Assembly: GCA_008501735.1 (NCBI GenBank)
Contig: QQUF01000045.1
Location: forward strand, 5,735-69,734
Length of the DNA stretch: 64,000 bases
Reading direction: 5' to 3'
DNA from: Calditrichota bacterium
Lineage (GTDB): Bacteria > CLD3
The notes beneath the pieces are model-generated. The model had not been told where the DNA came from, did not search any database, and was given only the letters and a program-made list of their open reading frames with translations. The position numbers and the translations under genes were made by a program. Positions 56,205 to 64,000 of the stretch are shown piece after piece (the stretch's first letter is position 1; each line of letters begins with the position of its first letter).

Positions 56205-56882
56205 TTACTTATTCATACTTGCCTTTAAAGCAGCTAACTCGTCATCAACTACACTTGAAGTTTCAAGAGCTTCAAACTCCTTTTCAAGGTTTGAATCTGA
56301 GCTACTTTCACCTGCAATTTCCGCAGCTGCATCAGCTTGAGCTTCTTTGTCTTCGATTTTTCTTTCAAATCTATCGAAGCCACCGAAAGCATCGCCACCA
56401 ATTCCACTAACTGAAGCTGAGATTTCCTCTTTCGCTTTTGCCGCTCTAAAACGTGCAATTAGAGTATCACGTTTGATTTTTGCATCGTCTAACTTTTTCT
56501 TTAACTCGCGAAGTTGTTCTCTAAGCTGAGTTGCTGTGGTTTTAGCTTGCTCGTAACTTGGAAGTAGATCATCAGCAGCTCTTTGGTAATTATTCTTCTT
56601 TTCAAGTGCTGCTTTTGCCAAATCGTCTCGGCTATTTTGGATTGCCAAAACAGCTTTTTGTTGCCACTCTTCTGCTAAGGTCAAATTTTGTTTGTATTGT
56701 CTTTCTAATCTTTTCTCATTTGCAACAGCAACCCCGACAGAATTTGTCGCTTTGCTAATTGCTTCTTCCATTTCAATGACCATTTGTTTAATCATTTTTT
56801 CTGGATCTTCGGCTTGGTCAACTAAATTATTAATGTTTGCTTTAACTACATCTGAAATTCTATTAAAAATGCTACGTGCCAT
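56205..56882 (-). CDS. pspA: PspA/IM30 family protein (phage shock protein A-like)
   Basis: 225 aa; N-terminus MARSIFNRISDVVKANINNLVDQAEDPEKMIKQMVIEMEEA is the canonical PspA/Vipp1 start; coiled-coil throughout. Confidence 0.8.
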   Translation of the reverse strand: MARSIFNRISDVVKANINNLVDQAEDPEKMIKQMVIEMEEAISKATNSVGVAVANEKRLERQYKQNLTLAEEWQQKAVLAIQNSRDDLAKAALEKKNNYQRAADDLLPSYEQAKTTATQLREQLRELKKKLDDAKIKRDTLIARFRAAKAKEEISASVSGIGGDAFGGFDRFERKIEDKEAQADAAAEIAGESSSDSNLEKEFEALETSSVVDDELAALKASMNK

Positions 56883-56950
56883 TTTATTTATCCTTTTTTT
56901 AGGTTTCCGTTAATTGAAGTTATTTCTCTTTACGAAAAAATTTTGAAAAG

Positions 56951-57424
56951 TTACGAAAAACTTGCGTGAATTACCAAAGCAATTGTGATGTAAAAAGATG
57001 CTTCGAGTAAACCAACTGCTATATTTTTATCTTCAACAATTTCTTTATCAATTGAAAATGCCATTGTTTTATTCAAAATGAATCTTCCTAACGAAAGAGC
57101 AATTAGCCCAATGATAAAATAAGAAACTGTCAAAATCATATCTTTTATAAAAATTGCTGCGAGACTTTTATCCTCAGCATAAAAGTAACTATCTCCAGAA
57201 ACAGTTGCGTGAATGATTATTCCAAGTGCAATGTAAAAACCAGCTTGTGTAACTCCTACTGCAACATTATCATTTTCTGAAAGTTCGTGTTTTAAGTCGT
57301 AAGGAGTGATGAAGTCAAATACTTTACCTCCAATTATGAGAATCAAAATTCCCATTACAAAGTAAATCACTGAATGAAGTATTCCATTTAGTAATTCAGG
57401 AAAGTTTGTTATTAATTCGCTCAT
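56951..57424 (-). CDS. DUF350-like membrane protein (duplicated two-helix module)
   Basis: 157 aa; two related hydrophobic repeats (NVAVGVTQAGFYIALGIIIHATVSG and NIAVGLLEASFYITIALVIHASFS). Confidence 0.55.
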   Translation of the reverse strand: MSELITNFPELLNGILHSVIYFVMGILILIIGGKVFDFITPYDLKHELSENDNVAVGVTQAGFYIALGIIIHATVSGDSYFYAEDKSLAAIFIKDMILTVSYFIIGLIALSLGRFILNKTMAFSIDKEIVEDKNIAVGLLEASFYITIALVIHASFS

Positions 57425-57433
57425 CTTTTGCTC

Positions 57434-57952
57434 CTATGAACCTGGTAAAATTTCAATTTCAAAATCTTTTACTGACTTACCAATCGAAACTGTCAATGAA
57501 CCGCCTGCTTTTTCAATTGAAAGCATTTCGCCATCTTTTGCTTCAAAATCCCAATATTCTGTGCGAAATTGTGATTTTTTCCCACTTTCAATTGTTCTTG
57601 TAACATTTGCCATTCCGTGTTCAGTTTGATTGAAACTTTTTCCAGAATGAGAGAAAGTTGAACTAATCGGCTCGTTTACGGGAATTATAATTTCTTCCCA
57701 AATTACTAATTCTAAACTATCATCTTCGACAACAGACAAAAATTTTTGATTTTCTTCTAAATCTTTAAACCCATAACTGTACCATTTAAAATCACCATCT
57801 TCATAAATGAAAGTCGCCGAGACAACATAATCTTCTCCGTAATAAGTCAAAATATCTCCGCAACGAATGTTGAAAAAATTACGTTTTTCGATATCCGATT
57901 TACTTTCTTCAACTGGAAAAAGTGATTTTTTTAATTTACTAAAAAAGCTCAT
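57434..57952 (-). CDS. hypothetical protein, possibly DUF4178-like (PspA-associated)
   Basis: 172 aa; no catalytic motif; assignment by size and position between DUF350 and ftsH only. Confidence 0.4.
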   Translation of the reverse strand: MSFFSKLKKSLFPVEESKSDIEKRNFFNIRCGDILTYYGEDYVVSATFIYEDGDFKWYSYGFKDLEENQKFLSVVEDDSLELVIWEEIIIPVNEPISSTFSHSGKSFNQTEHGMANVTRTIESGKKSQFRTEYWDFEAKDGEMLSIEKAGGSLTVSIGKSVKDFEIEILPGS

Positions 57953-59887
57953 TTAACTTGCCTTTGCATCTTTTACTTCTTTTGGTTCTTCGCTGAAAGT
58001 ATCAACTTTATTTGGATTTGGTCCTAAAATTTCAACTAAAGTATCTCTTTCAATAATTTCCTCTTTAAGCAACTTTTGAGCTAATTCTTCAAGTTTGTCT
58101 TTGTGTGTGTAAAGGACTTGTTTCGCTCTTTCGTAAGATTCGGTTATGATTTTTAAAATTTCTTCATCAATAATTTGTGAAGTCTTTTCACTGTAATCTC
58201 TTGAAGCTGCTCCGTAACCGAGAAAATTATTTTGCTGTGATTCAGTCAATGAAATGTTTTCCAATTTCTTGCTCATTCCATAAACTTTAACAATGCTTTT
58301 GGCAATGTCAGTCGCTTTATTCAAATCGTCAGAAGCACCTGTTGAAATTGATTCAAAAATTATGTCTTCTGCTGCTCTTCCACCTAACAAAGCACAAATT
58401 CTGTCCAAAAGTTCTTCTTTTGAAAGCAAATATCTGTCTTCCAATGGCATTTGAATTGTGTAGCCTAAAGCTCCCATTCCTCTTGGAATTATTGAAACTT
58501 TGTGAACAGGGTCAGAAAATGGTAAAAAATATCCAACCAAAGCGTGTCCAGTTTCGTGGTAAGCGACAATCTTTCTTTCTCGTGGATTTATCAATTTATT
58601 TTTCTTTTCAAGTCCTGCAATTACTCTTTCAATTGCATTTTGAAAGTCAATCATTTCAACTATTTCTTTGTCGTACCTTGCAGCAAGTAAAGATGCTTCG
58701 TTACAAATATTTGCAATTTCTGCTCCTGCAAAACCCGGAGTTTGTGCAGCTAAAGTTTTTGTATCAATACTGTCGTCTAAAGGCATATTACCTGTGTGAA
58801 CTTCAAAAATTTTGATTCTTCCTTGCAAATCAGGTCTGTCAAGCCCAACTTGTCTATCAAATCTTCCAGGTCTCAGAAGTGCTGGGTCAAGAACGTCAGG
58901 TCGATTTGTCGCACCGATTAACAAAACAGTTTTGTCAGTGTTAAATCCGTCCATTTCAACTAAAAGTTGGTTCAAAGTATTTTCACGTTCGTCATTTCCA
59001 CCTTGCATAGAAGCTCTTGAACGGCTTCTTCCAATTGCATCAATTTCGTCAATAAAAACAATACAAGGCGATTTCTCTTTTGCCGTGTTGAACAAATCAC
59101 GAACTCTTGAAGCTCCAACTCCAACAAACATTTCAACAAAATCCGAACCGCTCAAGCTAAAGAATGGAACTCCAGCTTCTCCTGCAAGTGCTTTTGCGAG
59201 TAAAGTTTTACCTGTTCCAGGAGGTCCGACAAGCAAAAAACCTTTTGGAATCTTTCCGCCGAGTTTCTGAAATTTTTTGGGATTTCTAAGAAATTCTACA
59301 ACTTCTGTAACTTCTTCAATTACTTCGTCAATTCCTGCAACATCCTTAAAAGTTACTTTTAAGTTATCGTTTTCATTGTAAAGTTTTGCTTTTGATTTCC
59401 CGACACTCAAAATTCCGCCTGATGAGCCACCTCCCATTTTCTTGAAAAAGAAACTCCACAAAACGACAATTAAAATTAAAGAGAAAATCCAAGAAAAATT
59501 ATTTTCAAACCAATTATTGTTAATTACTCTTTTGTACTCAACATTTTGTTTGTCAAGTTCTTCAACAAGAGTTGGGTCGTTTATCAAAACAACTTTAAAT
59601 TTTCGGCTTGGGTTTATTCTTTCTTCTTGAGCCATAAAGTTAAAAGGAGAAGGATTAGCATCTTGAAATTGAGGAGTTTCTTCACCAAATTCAGCTTTTC
59701 TGACTCCAATTATTACATCTTGAATAAATTTAACTTCTTGGACTCTTCCTTCTTTTAATTCGGCTTTAAATTGGTTGTAAGATAATTCGGGAACTCTCTC
59801 TTGTGGGAAAAATAGTAAGGGTAAAAGGACAAAAATCGCAGCAAAAATTGCAACATTAATCCAAAGGTAAGATTTTTTTTTATTCAT
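57953..59887 (-). CDS. ftsH: ATP-dependent zinc metalloprotease FtsH
   Basis: 644 aa; N-terminal TM; AAA Walker A GPPGTGKTLLAKALAGEAGVPFF, Walker B VFIDEIDA; zinc motif HETGHAL. Confidence 0.9.
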   Translation of the reverse strand: MNKKKSYLWINVAIFAAIFVLLPLLFFPQERVPELSYNQFKAELKEGRVQEVKFIQDVIIGVRKAEFGEETPQFQDANPSPFNFMAQEERINPSRKFKVVLINDPTLVEELDKQNVEYKRVINNNWFENNFSWIFSLILIVVLWSFFFKKMGGGSSGGILSVGKSKAKLYNENDNLKVTFKDVAGIDEVIEEVTEVVEFLRNPKKFQKLGGKIPKGFLLVGPPGTGKTLLAKALAGEAGVPFFSLSGSDFVEMFVGVGASRVRDLFNTAKEKSPCIVFIDEIDAIGRSRSRASMQGGNDERENTLNQLLVEMDGFNTDKTVLLIGATNRPDVLDPALLRPGRFDRQVGLDRPDLQGRIKIFEVHTGNMPLDDSIDTKTLAAQTPGFAGAEIANICNEASLLAARYDKEIVEMIDFQNAIERVIAGLEKKNKLINPRERKIVAYHETGHALVGYFLPFSDPVHKVSIIPRGMGALGYTIQMPLEDRYLLSKEELLDRICALLGGRAAEDIIFESISTGASDDLNKATDIAKSIVKVYGMSKKLENISLTESQQNNFLGYGAASRDYSEKTSQIIDEEILKIITESYERAKQVLYTHKDKLEELAQKLLKEEIIERDTLVEILGPNPNKVDTFSEEPKEVKDAKAS

Positions 59888-60004
59888 TTATTTATACTTA
59901 TTGTTAGTCAAAAATTAGATTCACCAAATTAACACTATCCAAAATGATTCTCAAGTAAAATCAAAGTTGAGTTTTACAAAGATTAGTTTTAATAGTTTCA
60001 AATT

Positions 60005-63000
60005 TTAGAACTTTCCCTTTTTCAATTTGATTTTGTGTTTTTGAATTAAGGTGTAAAGTTTCTTTCGGTCAATCCCCAGAGATTCTGCAGTTTTACTTTT
60101 GTTCAAACCATTTTTCTTGAGTTCAAAGATTATCACTTCTTTTTCAAAAACAGCCAATTTTCCTGTAAGGTTCAAGCCATTTTCCAAATCAGCTACAACG
60201 TTTGCGACTTTCTTTTCAAGCGGAATTTTATTCAATTCGCGATTTATATTAGAATTATCTGAAATTATGTTGAACTTCTGAGACAGGTTTTTAATGTGCA
60301 AGGAATTGACAAACGAGTTATTTTCGACTTTCATTACAATTTTTGCAATCGTGTTTTCAAGCTCACGAACATTACCTTTCCAATTTACTTTTTGCAAAAC
60401 TTCTCTTGCTTCGTTTGTAAATCCCAAAATCTTTTTATTAGCCTTGTTCGCAAATTTACGCAACAGAAATTCTGCCAAAATAGGAATGTCCTCTACTCTT
60501 TCTTTCAAACTTGGAACGCGAATGTAAATTACATTTATTCTATGAAACAAATCTTCTCTGAACCTTCCTTTCCGAACTTCCTCTTCCAAATCTTTATGAG
60601 TTGCAACGACCAAACGAGAATTGATTTTAATCGCTTCTTCACCTCCAACTCGCCAAATTTCTTGATTTTGGATTACTCTCAATAATTTAGCCTGAATTTC
60701 TAAAGACAATTCTGCAACTTCATCTAAGAAAATTGTTCCGTTTTGCGAAAGTTCAAACTTGCCTTTTTTCAGAGAACTTGCACCTGTAAACGAACCTTTT
60801 TCGTGTCCAAAAAGTTCACTCTCTGCTAAGTTTGGTGGAATCGAAGCACAATTTATTACAACAAAATTATGCTTCGCTCTCTCGCTAATATTGTGTAAAG
60901 ACTCAGCAACCAACTCTTTTCCTGTCCCACTTTGTCCGTGAATGTAAACAGTAAAATCGACTTCTGCCGCTTCTTCAATTTCTTTGTAAAGATTTAGCAT
61001 TGCTTTGCTGTTTCCAACAAATTTTTCAAAGTGCCTACTACTGACAGATGAAATTTTTTCTACATCTTTGATTTTTTCTAAAACCAGTAAAATCAATTCA
61101 AAAACAAATTCAAATTTTTGCAAATCAACTTTTGAGAAAGATTTTGTTGAATTTTCATTTTTCCAATTACATAAAATTTGACTACACTTTTTCTCTGAAT
61201 CAAAAATTGGCATTAAAATTAAGTTTTCTTTAAAAATCGTTTTTTCGTTACGAATTGAATTTTGTAAATCTTCTTTTTCGACTCCAAAATTTGGATTCTG
61301 AAATCCTTCATTTTCAACAAGTATTTCACAAAAATCCGAACCTGTTTCATTTTTCAAGAACGCTAAAAGTTCGTTTAATGAAGTATGAGGGTTTAATAGT
61401 TCAATAAAATTTCTTAAAAGGTTTTTAACGTTAATCGATAAATTTTCAGAAGCGTTAAAATCATCATTTTGAAAAACCTCTAATTTTTTCTTAACAAAAA
61501 AGTCAAACTCTTTGCTCAAAATTTCTTGAAAAAGATTTTCAGCTTTAGTTTTGTAATCAAGAATTTCCAGTTTTGTTGCAATCTCAAAACCATTTTCAAA
61601 GGAACTTTTTAACAATTGGTAAAGTTCAAAACAAAAGTTTGCAAAGTATTTTTTATTAGTGCTAATTGCTGCTAAAGATTTTAATTCGCCAATTGCTTCC
61701 TCTTCGTTTCCTTGCAAATAACTTAGCCTTTGCTCCAAAATTCTCGCTTCGTTTAACTCGTCAAGAAAAGTGTAAACTTCGCAAATCTCTCTGGTCTTTT
61801 GGGTTTCATAATTCATTCCAAGCAAATTATTTTCGTCCAAATTAATTGCAATCATTTTCAAATTTGATTGAACAAACTGCCTCAAGAAACCTAATTCGCT
61901 AAAAAGAAATTTCGCTTTTTCAAAATTCGCCAAAGCATCAACTTTTTCTTCTCCTTCGAGTTGGAGAATTCCTAAATCGAAAATCGAAGTTGCAAGGAAC
62001 TGATAATTATTGACCTGCGTAGATTTTTCAATTGCCGTTTCTACGTAGCCTCTTGCTCTTTCTAAATTATTTGCTTGGAAATTTATTTGAAAAAGATTGT
62101 CCAAAGTCTCGAAGTAAGTTCTTTCATCTTTTATCTCAACTCCCAAGAAAGCCTTTTCAAAGTAACTTTCTGCTTCTTCAAATTTTCCTTTTGAAAAATT
62201 TATTTTCCCTAAAAAATTCAGCGGAATTGAACTTGGTTGAAATTCATTCAGACAATTCAAAAAGTATTCTTCAGCTCTCTGAAAGTTATGAATTAGAAAA
62301 TTCGTTTTGCCCAAAAGAAACAAAGAAGTAGCAATTGAATACCCGTCATTGACACTTTCCGAAACTTCCAAGCACTTTTCAAAAGCGTAAACTGCTTCCG
62401 AATATTTTTTCTGTTTCAAGTAAACCAAGCCAATATTTTTATAAAGTTCAAATTCGCTTTCTGAATTTCTAAGTTTTTTCGCAAATTTGAAAGCAAGTTC
62501 AAGAACTTTTTCCGCACGAAAATAGTCTTGGACTTTAAAGTAAACCTCAAATTCTAGCATAAAAATTTTAATCAAAAATTCTTCAGGAAGCCTTTTAGCC
62601 TGTCCTAAAATCTGCAAAACTTTAAAAATCGAAAATTCTTCAGAAGCAATTTCAACAGCATTTGAGTAAAACTCAAATGCCTTTTCATAATTTTTTGACT
62701 TATGGTAAAATCTTGCAATTTTGAGAATTTCTTCAAAATTTTCAGGGCTTTGCGATTCACTTACAAAAGCAATTTGCTCGCTTAATTCTATGATTTCTTC
62801 GTCTGCGAAAGATTTGTAAAAAATATTTTGGTAAAACTGCTGAACGAAAAAATATTTTCCTGTTTCAAGGTCAAAGTCAACGATTCCTAATTTTCTTGTT
62901 TCTTCAAGTTCGATAATAATTTCATCAATTTTCATATTCGTAAGTTCAGATAGAACAGAAACTTCAAATTTTTCATTAAAGATTGATGCAAGTTGTAAAA

Positions 63001-64000
63001 CCGTTTGAGCAGTAATATTTATGTTTGATATTTTTTCAAAAAAGATTTCTTCCAAAGACTCAAAATCCTTTGCTTCTGGATTTGCAAAACGAATTGTTTC
63101 ACTTTCTGAAATTTTGATTTTTTCCGTTTCATAAAAATGCTTAAAAACTTCTATCGAGTTGGAAATATTACCTTTAGAGATTGAGAATATTTTTGATTGG
63201 ACATTTTTGTTAATACTTAACGCAATTTTATCAATCATCGAGGAAAGAAAATCTTCACTCTGAATTTTATCCAAAGACGGAAAAAAAAGGACTTCAATTT
63301 TTTCAAGGTCAAAACCTCTTCTAAAAGAATTTTCATCAGAAGCGAAGTTCAAAACAATTTTCAAGTTATTTTGGCTAAAGAACTCTGCAAATTCTAAAAA
63401 TAAATCTGAAGTTTTTTTATTAGTTAACTGAAATTCTTCGCAGTAAATCAGCAAATTCTCATTCGTCATTCCACAAAATTCTTCGATAAAATTGAAAATC
63501 GATTCTTTAAAATTTAAAATATTTTGGTTAATCGGATTTTGTGCAAGAAAATCTTGAATTGTCGGAATTTTCAAAATTTCAGGCGAAATAAATTTCAGAG
63601 TTGTAAGGTATTTTCCAATCAAATCTTTTTGTTGTTTTTTACCGAAATCGCCAATTTTTGAAAACATTTGGAAAATTATAGATTCAAATGGTTCAAAGTC
63701 ATAAGAATTTTCTGAGCATTTAGTTTCAAAAATTAAATGCTCCTTTTGCAGAAGCTCAAATTTGCAATTTTCCCAAAACTTAGACTTGCCAACTCCTTCG
63801 TCCCCTTTAATTAAAAGAACAGTTTTTTCACTTTCCATAAATTCCTCAAAGTTTAACTGCTCCGAAAATCTGTCAATGAACTTTGGGAAATTCAATTTGG
63901 AATTAAATTTGAACTGTGTTTCATTTTGAGATACTTTTTCCAAGTCTTCAATTAATTCAAAAATACACTGGTACCTATCTTTTGGATTTTTCTCCAAAAG
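60005..64000 (-). CDS. giant multidomain regulator, paralog 3 (N-terminal kinase region runs off the window): LAL-type NTPase - TPR - GAF-like - sigma-54 activator - HTH
   Basis: The ORF track start at 63997 is a TTG; the reading frame stays open to the window edge and begins ...LEKNPKDRYQ, aligning with the kinase C-lobe end (KNPKDRFQ) of paralog 2. Walker A GDEGVGKSKFW; TPR-like region; sigma-54 activator (GQSGTGKELVAESLH, ESELFGHEKGSFTGA, FLDEVAEL, FREDLFHRINV); C-terminal HTH (KSKTAESLGIDRKKLYTLI). Confidence 0.8.
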   Translation of the reverse strand, partial: LLEKNPKDRYQCIFELIEDLEKVSQNETQFKFNSKLNFPKFIDRFSEQLNFEEFMESEKTVLLIKGDEGVGKSKFWENCKFELLQKEHLIFETKCSENSYDFEPFESIIFQMFSKIGDFGKKQQKDLIGKYLTTLKFISPEILKIPTIQDFLAQNPINQNILNFKESIFNFIEEFCGMTNENLLIYCEEFQLTNKKTSDLFLEFAEFFSQNNLKIVLNFASDENSFRRGFDLEKIEVLFFPSLDKIQSEDFLSSMIDKIALSINKNVQSKIFSISKGNISNSIEVFKHFYETEKIKISESETIRFANPEAKDFESLEEIFFEKISNINITAQTVLQLASIFNEKFEVSVLSELTNMKIDEIIIELEETRKLGIVDFDLETGKYFFVQQFYQNIFYKSFADEEIIELSEQIAFVSESQSPENFEEILKIARFYHKSKNYEKAFEFYSNAVEIASEEFSIFKVLQILGQAKRLPEEFLIKIFMLEFEVYFKVQDYFRAEKVLELAFKFAKKLRNSESEFELYKNIGLVYLKQKKYSEAVYAFEKCLEVSESVNDGYSIATSLFLLGKTNFLIHNFQRAEEYFLNCLNEFQPSSIPLNFLGKINFSKGKFEEAESYFEKAFLGVEIKDERTYFETLDNLFQINFQANNLERARGYVETAIEKSTQVNNYQFLATSIFDLGILQLEGEEKVDALANFEKAKFLFSELGFLRQFVQSNLKMIAINLDENNLLGMNYETQKTREICEVYTFLDELNEARILEQRLSYLQGNEEEAIGELKSLAAISTNKKYFANFCFELYQLLKSSFENGFEIATKLEILDYKTKAENLFQEILSKEFDFFVKKKLEVFQNDDFNASENLSINVKNLLRNFIELLNPHTSLNELLAFLKNETGSDFCEILVENEGFQNPNFGVEKEDLQNSIRNEKTIFKENLILMPIFDSEKKCSQILCNWKNENSTKSFSKVDLQKFEFVFELILLVLEKIKDVEKISSVSSRHFEKFVGNSKAMLNLYKEIEEAAEVDFTVYIHGQSGTGKELVAESLHNISERAKHNFVVINCASIPPNLAESELFGHEKGSFTGASSLKKGKFELSQNGTIFLDEVAELSLEIQAKLLRVIQNQEIWRVGGEEAIKINSRLVVATHKDLEEEVRKGRFREDLFHRINVIYIRVPSLKERVEDIPILAEFLLRKFANKANKKILGFTNEAREVLQKVNWKGNVRELENTIAKIVMKVENNSFVNSLHIKNLSQKFNIISDNSNINRELNKIPLEKKVANVVADLENGLNLTGKLAVFEKEVIIFELKKNGLNKSKTAESLGIDRKKLYTLIQKHKIKLKKGKF

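Noticed and set aside
1-64000. tRNA, rRNA or tmRNA genes in intergenic gaps
   Set aside because: No intergenic segment shows the conserved T-loop (GGTTCGAATCC-like) or other hallmark sequences; gaps are mostly under 200 bp and AT-rich. A covariance-model scan would be needed to exclude small RNAs formally.
60005-64000. ORF-track start (MEKNPKDRYQ at 63997) as the true start of regulator paralog 3
   Set aside because: That codon is TTG and the frame stays open to the window edge; the sequence aligns with the end of the kinase domain in paralog 2, so the gene continues beyond the window.

Overview
AT-rich bacterial chromosomal segment (about 43 protein genes, no rRNA, tRNA, CRISPR or transposase seen). 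Seven proteins end in a type IX secretion (T9SS) C-terminal sorting domain, so the source is probably an FCB-group-like organism (Bacteroidota/Ignavibacteriota-like); this is inference from the sequence only. Housekeeping genes flank the window: alpha/beta hydrolase, trm112, recO, tadA and a cNMP/GAF histidine kinase on the left; threonine aldolase, L,D-transpeptidases, a fused radical SAM protein, fur, a CoA-transferase, a ParC-like topoisomerase, a PspA-DUF350-FtsH envelope-stress cluster on the right. Between about 4.8 and 41.4 kb lies a paralog-rich accessory region: (i) T9SS cargo genes built from YWTD or FG-GAP beta-propellers with a shared C-terminal module; (ii) three tandem ~3.9 kb paralogs encoding ~1300-aa BNR/Asp-box propeller plus FN3 proteins; (iii) giant ~1685-aa regulators that fuse a Hanks-type Ser/Thr kinase, a MalT/LAL-type P-loop NTPase, TPR repeats, a GAF domain, a sigma-54 activator AAA+ domain and a Fis-type HTH. 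Two of these regulators sit directly downstream of propeller cargo genes; a third, truncated by the window edge, lies at the right end. The most likely novel system is this kinase-STAND-sigma-54-activator family and its apparent pairing with secreted propeller proteins. Other notable signals are a perfect 10-bp-stem hairpin at the same codon position in two regulator paralogs with different stem sequences, a ~375-bp identical tract shared by two adjacent cargo genes, and a 60-bp perfect palindrome. All domain calls are from reading motifs in the translations; no database search was run.
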